The translations under genes were made by a program, and so were the position numbers. A stretch of DNA of 64,000 nucleotides from a bacterium (GTDB taxonomy: Bacteria; RBG-13-61-14; DATKZS01). Below, piece after piece: positions 38,725 to 49,126 of the stretch. Position 1 is the stretch's first letter, and each line of letters begins with the position of its first letter. The stretch spans positions 480,001 to 544,000 of the forward strand of contig CAXXFL010000006.1 in the NCBI GenBank assembly GCA_963674965.2. The letters run 5' to 3'. The notes under the pieces are model-generated. The model worked only from the letters and a program-made list of their open reading frames with translations. It was not told the DNA's origin and made no database searches.

Positions 38725-38740
38725 GGCAATTGTTGTGCCG
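38725..38740 (-). promoter_or_regulatory. sigma54 -24/-12 promoter of the Hdr-like operon
   Basis: Minus strand CGGCACAACAATTGCC (GG-N10-GC), ~45 bp upstream of ATG 38679. Confidence 0.8.
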
Positions 38741-38865
38741 TTAAAGGTAATAAATTGCTTTGGGCGGCGAATAAAATATCTTTACGCCAGGATATTATGA
38801 CATTATAACAATGGGTTATATAACATACGCATTCGATGGCCCGGCGGCGAAGATTGCAGGTTCGG

Positions 38866-38887
38866 TTTGTAAATATGAAGTAACAAA
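38866..38887. promoter_or_regulatory. Candidate upstream activator sequence
   Basis: TTTGT-N12-ACAAA ~130 bp upstream of the sigma54 site. Confidence 0.4.
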
Positions 38888-38980
38888 AATTGAAACGGAG
38901 CTATTTTTGCAACCGTTCCTTAAGGGTAACGGTTTCCCCGCGTTTCCCTATATGCTTGAGAGTACCGACTTCTAACCCTC

Positions 38981-39226
38981 TCAACCTTCTTTGCTCTTTT
39001 CAATTTTCATCTTGATTTTCGAACGCTCGATTTCCAGGTCCACCCACTCGTCAATTAGCTTCTTGAAACGGCGATAGGCCGCGTTCTGCGCTTTGATCTC
39101 CCGCGCGAACTCCGGGCGAATATATTCGGTCCGCCCTTTGCCCCGGTGAGTGTAGCTGAGTTGATGGTAAGTCTTCTCGGCTCCTCGCTTCATGGATAAG
39201 AACCATAAGGCCGGGCATCCCTCCAT
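38981..39226 (-). pseudogene. DUF6788-like IS accessory protein remnant
   Basis: YHQLSYTHRGKGRTEYIR..AYRRFKKLIDEWVDL resembles the C-terminal half; no transposase adjacent. Confidence 0.55.
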
Positions 39227-39513
39227 CGCAACAAGTCACCGCCATTGCCATGAGAAACGCCCTGCCGGAATTTATCGCTGATTCGTCGGATAAACACATC
39301 TTCGCGAAATTCCTGCGGGAAAGAATAGATACAACAAGGGCTGAGGGATTACGTATGCTTGCCGTCAACGAATGAGTTGACGAGGAAAGGGGAAACGGTA
39401 CTCTCAAGAAAAGTAATTGCGCGTCATAATTGCTGAGCCCGCGGCCGCCGCCCAGGCAATATTGCAGACAACATTGCCTGGGCAACCCCGCTGGAGGATT
39501 TGACAATCTGATT

Positions 39514-41082
39514 TCACCTGGGTCGTTTTGGAAGCTTTTTAATATCAACGATAAATGGCGCCGATATCGAAGACGCCGTCACAACCAGGCACAACCAACT
39601 GAAATAATGGCCAAAACGACTGTAAAAAGATTTCTCTTTAATAAATACGCCCTCGGCGACGATATGCCCGATTTCGCCGATTTCGGTCTCAGAAAGAATC
39701 CGGCCGTGGGCGTCGACCATTTGCGATACCCCCGAAGAAGCGACTCTGAAAAGCCATCGCCGGTTTTCAACCGCCCGCAGGGAACTCATGGCCGCGTGCT
39801 GCAAGTGTTGAGAGCGGCCCCAGATAAAAGCGTCCATGGTCGGGAAGATCAATATCTCGGCCCCATTCGAAACCAGCCCGCGGCTCACATAGGAATAATC
39901 CATGTCATAGCAGATCGCCACTCCGGCTTTGCCGAACTCCGTATTCACCACCGTGAAATCCTTGCCCGGCTCGCCGTCCATGAAAAATGGAATCGGGTTC
40001 ATCTTCACCGCCCGGCCGATTATCTCTCCCTTTCTCGAAAGAACGAAGGCGGTGTTCTTGAACGAATTGGCCTCATCTCCCGAATCCCTCCCGCCGAAGA
40101 TAAAATAAACGTCGTTTTCGGCCGCGAACTCAGTCAACCTATCCATCGGCTCGGGGTCTTTCTCCAGGATAAAAGGCGTCGAGTACTCGGGCCATACAAT
40201 AATATCGGCGCTGGAATCTCCGTTCTTAATCGCTTTCTCCGAAAGCTCGATCAACTCGTCATACCAGCCCGACTCGAACTGAACGCCGACAAATTTTACC
40301 GGCCGTCCCAAGTGGACCTTTTGTAACGACCAGACGCCATAGACGAACATAAGCGCAATCAGCAAGACGGAAAAAACATTCATCAAAAAAGGGCCGGGAA
40401 AATACGGATACTTTTTATCTTTTCGATCCAGCAGAAAATCCACGATTAAAGCAACGGAGGAATTCACGGAAAGCAGGGCGAATGAAATTCCATATACGCC
40501 GAACAGGTCGGCCGATTGAAGGATTGTCAGGCTCGCGTGTTGGGTGTAGCCCATGCCTAGCCAGGCGAATTTCAAAGTCCATAACTCGCTTCGGAAAAAC
40601 TCGACGCCCGTCCAGATAAAGGGAGCCAAAGCGGCGGCGGCCAAATTGCCAAACCGTTTTTTTAAGCTGGAAACGATAAAAGCGAACAGCGCGGTGAACG
40701 TCGCCAGGACCATGATCAGAAGAAATCCAAACGCTCCGAAGATGGTCATGAACCAGTAAAGACCTCCCGAATAAAAGACCAGCCCCCAGATGAACCCATA
40801 GGCCAGGCCCCAGCGCCGCTTGACGCGCGGTATCACGGCCAGCAAAGGGACCAGCGCGATCCAGGCCATCAAAGAAAAATCAAAAGGGGGAAAAGCCGCG
40901 ATAGCGAGCAGGCTGGAGGCGAGAGTCGCGACGAGGTATGGAAATTTAAACTTAGCTTCCAAATCAGGCACGTTATTTAGCTTCTCCGATTGAAAAAGGC
41001 CTCTCAGTACGATTGGCGTCAGAAGCGTCCAGCCCGCGGTCTTAGCCGCCCACGCAATAATGAAGACAAAATTGCGGGCCAC
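39514..41082 (-). CDS. lnt: Apolipoprotein N-acyltransferase
   Basis: AFPPF, WIALVPL, WLGMGYTQ, GVYGISF; nitrilase triad WPE / K..P / ICYD; LRAVENRR. Start uncertain. Confidence 0.88.
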   Translation of the reverse strand: MARNFVFIIAWAAKTAGWTLLTPIVLRGLFQSEKLNNVPDLEAKFKFPYLVATLASSLLAIAAFPPFDFSLMAWIALVPLLAVIPRVKRRWGLAYGFIWGLVFYSGGLYWFMTIFGAFGFLLIMVLATFTALFAFIVSSLKKRFGNLAAAALAPFIWTGVEFFRSELWTLKFAWLGMGYTQHASLTILQSADLFGVYGISFALLSVNSSVALIVDFLLDRKDKKYPYFPGPFLMNVFSVLLIALMFVYGVWSLQKVHLGRPVKFVGVQFESGWYDELIELSEKAIKNGDSSADIIVWPEYSTPFILEKDPEPMDRLTEFAAENDVYFIFGGRDSGDEANSFKNTAFVLSRKGEIIGRAVKMNPIPFFMDGEPGKDFTVVNTEFGKAGVAICYDMDYSYVSRGLVSNGAEILIFPTMDAFIWGRSQHLQHAAMSSLRAVENRRWLFRVASSGVSQMVDAHGRILSETEIGEIGHIVAEGVFIKEKSFYSRFGHYFSWLCLVVTASSISAPFIVDIKKLPKRPR

Positions 41083-41738
41083 CCCGCGATCCCCCTATTC
41101 AGAAGCGTTCCGCTCGCGTGTTCGTTCTCTACTATCAAATGTTACTTATTGGTATCCCCTCATGCTAGACGGGAAAGCTTATGTGAAAATATCGATATTA
41201 GACCACCAAGCATCAGGTAGCCGAGGACCACCTCCAACATTACTATTACCTCACCGCATGTCGAGGTTGGAGTAATATCACCAAACCCGAGGGTTGTAAA
41301 GGTAACCACACTGAAATATAAATAAGTAAAAAAATCAGCTTTTCGCCCTCCTAAGACGGTGAGTACGAGAGATTCTTTTTCCGTCGCTGAAAGTAAATGC
41401 CACTGTTTTAACTGAATTAAAAGATCCGCATTGCTAATTTGTCCCACACTCACCAAAGAATCTCCTCCAATCCAAAAAATAATGCCAAAGGTAAAAGCGA
41501 AAAATAATGACCAACCTGCCCATAGCAATATATTTGTCCCATAACCTGAAGTGACTCCCCACACGAACATCCATGCTTGGTCGAGTATACTTCTTTTACT
41601 TGCCTCAATCCTGGCTTCAAGGTAGGATTGGTCCTTTATATAGCGTAGGTCTAGTGGGTCGCATGGACCAAGGTTCTCGACAGATGCCCCTTTCCAGCTA
41701 GTGGGCTTTGTAACAATTCTGGCAATTAATGATTTTTT

Positions 41739-43087
41739 GGGTCTTCCCAAGAATCTGTGGGTGTTCTTTGACATAGTTTAGTTGAAAAGCACGGTCGTTT
41801 CAGGCTAATAGGGTTATGCGAAAACAATCCTGAAGCCTGAAGGAGTCGACCGTGCTTGTAGAGAGTCTTGTACGAGAAACGCTTGGTGTCAAGGATCACA
41901 AGGTTAAGAGCGTCAGCGGAGACGCGGTGGGGCTTACGGTTCTTATGGATCGCAAGAAGCTTCGGAAGCTCACCTGCTCTTGTTGCGGCTCTCGAGCTTG
42001 GGTTTACGACACGCTTGCCGAGAGGACCTGGCGTCATGTTCCGTTGTGGGGCATCCCCGTGACCATCGTTTACAGCCCGCGCCGGGTGAACTGCCCAAAT
42101 TGCGGCGTCAAGGTCGAGCAGGTCCCGTGGGGGATGGGCAAAAGTCGGCTCTCCCTGCCGCTGATCATCGTGCTCGCCGCCTGGGCCAGGCTCCTGGCCG
42201 TCGGCGTCGTGGCCGATCTCTTCGGCTTGAGTTGGTCCACGGTGGGGGCGGCGGTCAAGCACGCGGTGGCTTACGGCCTCGAACACCGCGACGTTTCCGG
42301 CGTGCTTTACATCGGGATCGACGAGGTCTCTCGCAAAAAAGGCCACGTCTATCACACCCAGGTTTACGAGATCGGCAAGAGGCGGCGTCTTTTGTGGTCC
42401 GGAGAGGGGCGCAAGAAAGAGACGCTGGAACGTTTTTTCGATGAACTTGGCGAGGAGGGGGTTGCCGCCATCCAGGGCGTCTGTTGCGACATGTGGGCGC
42501 CTTACGTGGACGTCATCAAGGAGAAGGCGCCCAAGGCGGTCCTTGTTTTTGACAAATTCCACCTTGTCCGCCACTTGAACGACGCCGTGGACAAGGTGAG
42601 AAAAAAGGAAGCCGAGAAGCTCAAGGAAAAGGACCCGGGGCTTTTGAAGGGCACGAAATACATCTGGCTCAAAAACCCCTGGAACCTGACGCCCAAACAG
42701 AAACAGCGGCTTGGTTACCTGGAGAGCATGAACCTTAAGATCAACCGCGCTTACCTTCTCAAGGAGAGCTTCCGTGAATTGTGGTCCTATCAGAGCAAGG
42801 GTTGGGCCAAGCGTTATTTGAACAAGTGGTTCTGGTGGGCGACCCACTCTCGCCTGGAACCGATGCGTGATTTTGCCTGGCTTCTTCGCCGTCATGAGGA
42901 AGACGTCCTTAATTGGTTCAACGTTCCGATCGATAATGGGGCGGTGGAGGCAATGAACAACAACGCCAAGGCCATCAGTCACCGAGCCAGAGGTTACAGG
43001 AGCGAAAAATGGTTCACCCTGATACAATTACATTGCCTGGGTCAAATGCCCATGCCGGAATCCACCCACAGATTTGCGTGAGGAGCC
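41739..43087 (+). mobile_element. ISL3-family insertion sequence (1349 bp)
   Basis: Imperfect 24-bp IRs GGGTCTTCCCAAGAATCTGTGGGT / GGCTCCTCACGCAAATCTGTGGGT (18/24); 8-bp TSD GATTTTTT at 41731-41738 and 43088-43095. Confidence 0.93.
41852..43081 (+). CDS. ISL3-family transposase
   Basis: CSCCG..CPNCG zinc finger, IGIDE, CCDMW, FDKFH, NGAVEAMN, RARGYR. Confidence 0.95.
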   Translation: MLVESLVRETLGVKDHKVKSVSGDAVGLTVLMDRKKLRKLTCSCCGSRAWVYDTLAERTWRHVPLWGIPVTIVYSPRRVNCPNCGVKVEQVPWGMGKSRLSLPLIIVLAAWARLLAVGVVADLFGLSWSTVGAAVKHAVAYGLEHRDVSGVLYIGIDEVSRKKGHVYHTQVYEIGKRRRLLWSGEGRKKETLERFFDELGEEGVAAIQGVCCDMWAPYVDVIKEKAPKAVLVFDKFHLVRHLNDAVDKVRKKEAEKLKEKDPGLLKGTKYIWLKNPWNLTPKQKQRLGYLESMNLKINRAYLLKESFRELWSYQSKGWAKRYLNKWFWWATHSRLEPMRDFAWLLRRHEEDVLNWFNVPIDNGAVEAMNNNAKAISHRARGYRSEKWFTLIQLHCLGQMPMPESTHRFA

Positions 43088-44072
43088 GATTTTTTCTTTG
43101 ACTTTTTACGAAACTCTAGTCTTTTTGAAGTGCATTCTTTTAAAATATTGAAGTAATAATCAAAGTAACCTGTGTCCCGAATGGCATCAAAGAGATAACG
43201 CAAAAGACCTTCAAAATAAATCGGTTTCTTATCAATCCATGAAAGCCAAACACAAAGGCAGAATGCCTGGATAAATGATGGAAGTCGGATAAATTCCGTG
43301 TAATAGATGCTGCGGAGATCCGCCTTTTCAAGATTAGCCTCCTCAAAGTCAGCCCCCTCGATATGTGCTAACCATAGGTTTGCGGCTTTTAGGTTAACAT
43401 GCCAAAGTTCCGCCCTTTCGAGATTGGCGCACTCTAGTTCCGCACCGTCTAGATCAGACCCAGAAAGTAAAGCACCCTTAAGATTTGCACTGCAAAGTGA
43501 GGAATTCTTGAGATTTGCGTCATTTATTTCTGCATTTTCGAGATTGCTGAAATTGAGATTCGCCTTTTGAAGAACTGCGGTTGCGATCAATGCATTTTTT
43601 AGGTTTGCTTTTTTGAGATTTGCCCCTTCAAGATTGGCATTCCATAGTACAGCACCTTCAAGATTAGCTCCCTCAAGATATATCCCTTTTAGGTTTGCAT
43701 TTTTAAAATATCCATTTTGCAGATTACTTCTCTCTAATTCAACTCCATCACGCCATCTGAGTACTCCATCATTCCCGGTTTCTTTCTGCAAACACGCTGC
43801 ACAATAATCAGAACCCCACAGGGCAAGCTCCCCGCATAAACATCTCGTAGCAGTAATTACTTGCATGATGCTACTCTCCAGTGTCTATCCATCCGTTAGG
43901 TCATATTTTTTCTCACTCCACCTTTGCCACGATTCTCTCGTCGCCGTATTACTCAGCCCATTCGGTACCTTCACCCATGTGAGATGGGCTTTTCATAAAA
44001 TTATATATATCCAACTGTCGCGCCGGGCGGTGGTGCAAGTAATATATAAAACCGGGCCGTGCCATCCTTGAA

Positions 44073-45494
44073 TTACAGCTTGCACTTGTCGGTCGAGTCG
44101 GGGATGTCGATGTGGTTGAACTTGGAAACCTCCTCACACTCGATCTTCCACTCCTCGCCGACCTTGACCAGACGAAAGCGCTTGTCCACCCCGTACTCGA
44201 CCACCTCGCCGAAGTTGTTCGTAAGAGAGCCGTCAACCGTGCACTCGACCATGGCCTTGTCGCCGGTCTCGCTATACTCCTCCCTCAGGTTGTAAATCGA
44301 CATGTCGTAGGCCTTGATGCTCCTTAAATATTTGGCGTGGTTCTCCAGGAGCCACGACCGGGTTTTGTTGGTGCCCCTCCAGACGACGCCGTCCGTGTAA
44401 TAGCCGGCCATGTCCTGGGCCGACTTGTTCTCCTCCGCCAGGGTGAACAAGGTCACCACCTGCATGGGGTCGCAGGTCAGGGGCTTTTGCGACGTGTCGC
44501 AAACCAGCTTTCCCTCGTTGTCCATCACCACGTAGCGGGAGACGGGCCCGCCGCCCATGGGCCGGAAAATCTTCACCTGGAAGCCGGCCTTGGAAAAGGA
44601 CTCGACCTCGCCCTGCCCCATCAGGACCAGCTTTTTGTCGCTCACGGAAAAGGTCTTCGCCTGGGTGAGACCGGCGCTGGACACGCAGGTCGAGGAGATA
44701 ATTTTGGACGCGGCGTCGAAGGAGGGCGAGCAGAGGGAGTCGAACATGTCGGTCGGCTTGTATTGCATGGTTTCCTTATCGAAGAGCCAGTACAGATATT
44801 GCTCTCTTACTCCCCTGCCCTTCTCGGTCACCAGGAGCCTCAAGTCGGCGTATCCGTCAAAGTCCATGTCCTCGATACTGAAGTCCACGTCCCTGGTCTT
44901 GAGGACGTCGGCGAAGAGGATGCTTTGAGGTGGCGCGGCCCCGGCGGACCTATACTCGATCCGGTCGAGGTAGTTGTTCTTTCCCGCGAAGACCAGCTTG
45001 AACTCGGCGGCGGGCATATCGGAATGGATGGCCGCCTTCTCGGCGTAGCTGACGGGAGAAGGGGCGCAGGCTTCCTTTTTATCCTGGGCCCCGGCGTTGG
45101 CGCACTTGACGTAATCGTTAATGTCGGACATATAGAGCATGGGGCCGACCTGGATATAGGCCTTGTCCGCCTTCCACTGCGCGCCGGAGACGGCGGCCAT
45201 CACGTCGGTGGCGAGGCCGATCCGGCTCCCCTTCTCCTCCCGCGCCTTGAAAAGGGCGTCCTCAAGATTGTCTCCGTCAACGTCCACCAGTGAAACGCCG
45301 AGGGAAAGGCCGGCCTTGGCCAACTCCCCCTCCAGAACGCTTTGAAAGGTCTCGGCCGGGACCTCGGTTTTATCGTCCTTGTCCTTGCCGCCTTTTTCCC
45401 GGGCCGCTCCCGACCCGCCGCAGCCAAGGGCCAGGGCGATCAATACGGCCGCCGCCAAAACCGGTCCGCTCGCTCGCCAAAGATAACGTTGCAT
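44073..45494 (-). CDS. Lipoprotein with XAC2610-like domain and C-terminal NTF2-like domain
   Basis: LALGC lipobox; EDMDFDGYADL..YWLFD..SPSFD; C-terminal FRLVKVGEEWKI. Confidence 0.6.
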   Translation of the reverse strand: MQRYLWRASGPVLAAAVLIALALGCGGSGAAREKGGKDKDDKTEVPAETFQSVLEGELAKAGLSLGVSLVDVDGDNLEDALFKAREEKGSRIGLATDVMAAVSGAQWKADKAYIQVGPMLYMSDINDYVKCANAGAQDKKEACAPSPVSYAEKAAIHSDMPAAEFKLVFAGKNNYLDRIEYRSAGAAPPQSILFADVLKTRDVDFSIEDMDFDGYADLRLLVTEKGRGVREQYLYWLFDKETMQYKPTDMFDSLCSPSFDAASKIISSTCVSSAGLTQAKTFSVSDKKLVLMGQGEVESFSKAGFQVKIFRPMGGGPVSRYVVMDNEGKLVCDTSQKPLTCDPMQVVTLFTLAEENKSAQDMAGYYTDGVVWRGTNKTRSWLLENHAKYLRSIKAYDMSIYNLREEYSETGDKAMVECTVDGSLTNNFGEVVEYGVDKRFRLVKVGEEWKIECEEVSKFNHIDIPDSTDKCKL

Positions 45495-45547
45495 GTCCCC
45501 TCCCCGGCGGCCCTATGGCCGCTCTATAATTTCGTCCCCTTTGAACG

Positions 45548-46990
45548 CTATATTACCATGGAAATGAACTTCAGCTCCGTGTAGGCGTCAACGCCTTCCC
45601 GGCCGCCTTCCCGCCCCATGCCCGAGGCTTTTACTCCCCCGAAGGGCCCCTGCACCGCCGCGGGCGCCGGGTCGTTGACTCCCACTATACCCGCCTCGAG
45701 TCTCTCGCTCAGCTTGATGGCGTAGTCCAGTCTTTTCGTGACCACGTAGGCCGCGAGACCGAACTCGGTGCCGTTGGCCACCTCGACGGCCTGGTCCAGG
45801 TCGTCGTAGCCCATGACCGGCATAATGGGGGCGAAGGGTTCCTCCTTCATGATGATCATGTCACCGTTGACTTCGGTGACCACGGCGGGCTCGATCCAGA
45901 AACCCTTTTTATATTTCTCTCCCTGGGGCCTTTTGCCTCCGCACACGATCTTGCCGCCCTTGTCGGCCACGTCCTGCAAGAGGGCCTCCGTCTCCGCCAG
46001 CCTGAGCCGGTCGTGGAGCGGGCCCACGTCCACGTCGGGCTCGAGGCCGTTGCCTATGCGGAGGGCCGAGGCGAACTCGGCCGCCCTGGCCAGGAACTCG
46101 TCCTTCATCCGGCTGGGCACGAAGAAGCGGGAGGGGGATATGCACACCTGCCCCATGTTGCGGTACTTACCGAACACGGCCAGGCGGGCGGCGTCCTCGG
46201 GCGAGGCGTCGTCGCATACTATAAAGGGAGAGTGGCCGCCTAGCTCGAGGGAAATCCTTTTCAAGGAGTCGGCCGACCTCTTCAATAACTCCTTGCCCAC
46301 GGGCACGGAGCCGGTAAAGCTGATCTTTCTCACCGCCGGGTTCCCGATGAACTCGTCGGCCGCGTCCGCGGGCGGTCCGGTGATCAAATTGGCCACGCCG
46401 GGGGGCAACCCGGCCTCGTGGATGCAGTTCCACATTTCCATGGTGGCAAGGGGGGTCTGGGTGGCGGATCGTCCGACCACGGCGTTGCCGCAGGCCAGGG
46501 CCGGGGCGATCTTGCGCGCCATGAGCAAAACGGGGAAGTTCCAGGGCGCGATGGCGCCCACGACCCCCAGCGGAGACCGGGTCGACATCATGCGCTTGTC
46601 CGTCATATGGGAGGGTATCCACTCGCCCCATCTGCGCTTGACCTCCTCGGCGTACCACTCGAACTGGGCCGCCGCGCCCATGATCTCTCCCCTCGACTCC
46701 GCCAGGGGCTTGCCCACCTCCATGGTCAGGGTCCTGGACATCTCGTCCGCCCGGGAGCGCATGAGGCCGGCTATCCGGAGAAGCAGCGGGGCCCTTTGAT
46801 ATGGAGTATTGTCTCTCCAATCCGGATAGGCCGAGCGGGCGGCCTCGACGGCCTGGACGGCCTCGTAACGAGAACCGTAGGGGACCTCCCGGATCGTCTC
46901 CTCCGTCGCCGGGTTGATCACGCCCATCGACTGGCCTTCCTTGCCTTCTATAAACTCTCCATTTACGTATAGCTTGTACTCCATGCTCAT
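45548..46990 (-). CDS. gabD: NAD(P)-dependent succinate-semialdehyde dehydrogenase-like ALDH
   Basis: PWNFP, RKIAPALA, SFTGS, SLELGGHSP, RNMGQVCIS, PFGGVKASGMGREG. Confidence 0.85.
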   Translation of the reverse strand: MSMEYKLYVNGEFIEGKEGQSMGVINPATEETIREVPYGSRYEAVQAVEAARSAYPDWRDNTPYQRAPLLLRIAGLMRSRADEMSRTLTMEVGKPLAESRGEIMGAAAQFEWYAEEVKRRWGEWIPSHMTDKRMMSTRSPLGVVGAIAPWNFPVLLMARKIAPALACGNAVVGRSATQTPLATMEMWNCIHEAGLPPGVANLITGPPADAADEFIGNPAVRKISFTGSVPVGKELLKRSADSLKRISLELGGHSPFIVCDDASPEDAARLAVFGKYRNMGQVCISPSRFFVPSRMKDEFLARAAEFASALRIGNGLEPDVDVGPLHDRLRLAETEALLQDVADKGGKIVCGGKRPQGEKYKKGFWIEPAVVTEVNGDMIIMKEEPFAPIMPVMGYDDLDQAVEVANGTEFGLAAYVVTKRLDYAIKLSERLEAGIVGVNDPAPAAVQGPFGGVKASGMGREGGREGVDAYTELKFISMVI

Positions 46991-47356
46991 AAACGCCTCC
47001 CTTTTTGGATGATGGGGACCTCAGATGACTCAATCACCGGGCCTCACGATCTGGATAAGTTTATTATACCAAAGGCCCGGGCGCCAGTTTGAGCGCGCCT
47101 TTTCCGATCCCGGCTCCAGCGATCGGGGAAATCCGGCTTTTTTCGCCGGCCAACCGCGCCGATCTTTGTTATGCCTCGAGAGCCAATTGTAAAAGCGCCT
47201 CGGTTACCGTCTTTCACGGCCAAGTCTCCGGACTCGTTCATGATATTTTGTGGTCTCATGACGGGAATCTTTCAAAAAACGACGCTTCCCCCCGAGCGCT
47301 CTCAAGCATTAATCCGATCTTTGCGGCTTTGGGACTTTCGTGATAAATTCCCTAAC

Positions 47357-49126
47357 ATGAGACAAATTTCGATCGCGACAACGGACGCCCGAAAACGGCC
47401 GAGCTTCGTTCCTCTTTGGCTACTCCTCTGTTTCCTTATGGCCCTGGGATGCTGCTCTTTCAAACGACCCGTCATGCCGAAAAATCTGAGCGGCATCGGC
47501 CACTCCGGCACTTACCTGGAGCGAGACCCCGAGGTCCTGGCCATGAACCACTTCACCTTCGCCCAGCACTACGTTTATAACGGGCAGGCCGAGGAAGCGG
47601 TGGAGGAACTTAGGGAGGCCCTCCGGATCGACCCCGGCTCGGTCTACGTCAGGGAATACCTGGCCGGTCTTTTATATCAGATGGGCGAGACGGACGAGTC
47701 TCTCGAGCTGGTGGAGGAAATTTTAGCCATCGATCCTGACCGGGCCCAGGCTTACAACCTTCGGGGGCTTATCATCCTCAACTCGGGGAGGGAGGACCAG
47801 CTCGAGGAGGCGGAGACGGCCTTTATCGAGGCCCTGTCCCGAGAGCCCGACTCGGTCGAGTACGTTTTAAGCCTGGCCGAGACCCGGGTCCGGATGGGTA
47901 AGCTCAAGGCCGCCCTCGAGGTGCTCGAGAACTTCGCCATCAAAAACCCCGGCGCCATCGACGTGTACCATTACATCGCCAGCATCCTTAACGGGATGGG
48001 ACGCTCGCAGGAGGCGGCCGAGGTTTACTGGGGCATAGTCAAAAAAGCCCCCGGTTATTACCCGGCCATGCGCGACCTTTTCCTTCTCGAGGTGGGAAGG
48101 CAAAACTGGGACAAGGCCATCGAACTGGGGGATATGATCGTGTCCTTTTATCCGGGCGACTCCGAGACCAGGCTGACCCTGGCCAAAATCCTGGTCTACC
48201 GGGGCCAGGACGACCGGGCCCTCGAGGTCCTTCAGGCGGGCAAGACCTCGGGCGTGGTCCTTATCGACTGGTACCTCCAGCGAGGCTACATCTTCCTCAA
48301 ACAGGACAAGCTCGATGAGGCGGAAAACGAGTTCAGCCTCGCCCTCACCCTCGAGCCCTCCAACGGGGAGGCCGTTTTCGCCATGGGACTGATCGAGGCG
48401 GCGAAAAACGACCGCGTGGCCGCGGCCTCTTATTTCGAGTCCGTGCCTCAGGACGACCCCATTTACCTCGAGGCCAGGAAGCAGTTGGCCCTGCTCGCCA
48501 TTAAGGACGGCGACAACCAAAGGGCCCTGGCCATAGTCGAGGACCTGCTCGAGAAAAAGCCGGACGATAAGGGCATTGTCTTCGCCTATTCCATGATCTG
48601 CCGCCAGATCGGGGAACCGGAACGCGCGCAGTCCGCGGTAATCGACGCCCTGGCCGCCGACCCCGAGGACGAGAACCTGAAATACGAGCTGGGCATGCTC
48701 TTTTACGAGGAGGGAAGGGTCGAGGCGGCCCTGGCCCTTAACGAGGAAATCCTCTCGAGAAACCCGAACAACGCCAACTCGCTGAACTTCATCGGCTACA
48801 CCTGGGCCGAGAGGGGCGAGCGCCTGGATGAGGCCGAGGCGAAAATCCGCCGGGCCCTCGAGCTCGAGCCCGAGGCGGGCCACATCATGGACAGCCTGGG
48901 ATGGGTTTATTATCAGCGGGGCGACTACGGCGAGGCCTTGAAGTGGCTTAACAAGGCGGTGGAGAAACTGGGACGGGAGCCGGAGCTTCTCGAGCACCTT
49001 GCCCTTTGCCATCTTGCCATGGGCGATAAGGCCAAGGCGGTCGAGATATTCGAGGAGGCCCTTGCAAAGGGTCCCACCCCCAGAATTAAAGAGAGGATCG
49101 AAAGAAAGCTCGAGGATATCAAATGA
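47357..49126 (+). CDS. TPR-repeat lipoprotein (LbcA/PA4667-like)
   Basis: ALGC lipobox, tandem TPRs, C-terminal LNFIGYTWAE..DSLGWVYY. Start uncertain. Confidence 0.8.
   Translation: MRQISIATTDARKRPSFVPLWLLLCFLMALGCCSFKRPVMPKNLSGIGHSGTYLERDPEVLAMNHFTFAQHYVYNGQAEEAVEELREALRIDPGSVYVREYLAGLLYQMGETDESLELVEEILAIDPDRAQAYNLRGLIILNSGREDQLEEAETAFIEALSREPDSVEYVLSLAETRVRMGKLKAALEVLENFAIKNPGAIDVYHYIASILNGMGRSQEAAEVYWGIVKKAPGYYPAMRDLFLLEVGRQNWDKAIELGDMIVSFYPGDSETRLTLAKILVYRGQDDRALEVLQAGKTSGVVLIDWYLQRGYIFLKQDKLDEAENEFSLALTLEPSNGEAVFAMGLIEAAKNDRVAAASYFESVPQDDPIYLEARKQLALLAIKDGDNQRALAIVEDLLEKKPDDKGIVFAYSMICRQIGEPERAQSAVIDALAADPEDENLKYELGMLFYEEGRVEAALALNEEILSRNPNNANSLNFIGYTWAERGERLDEAEAKIRRALELEPEAGHIMDSLGWVYYQRGDYGEALKWLNKAVEKLGREPELLEHLALCHLAMGDKAKAVEIFEEALAKGPTPRIKERIERKLEDIK

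Larger units (their letters stand above)
41160..43866 (-). pseudogene. Pentapeptide-repeat + two-TM K+ channel-like gene interrupted by ISL3
   Basis: 5' part has ANLEG/ANLKG repeats; 3' part has YFSVVTFTTLGFGD. Removing the IS and one TSD restores one 1350-nt frame (449 aa; junction KKKS|LIARIV). Confidence 0.88.
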
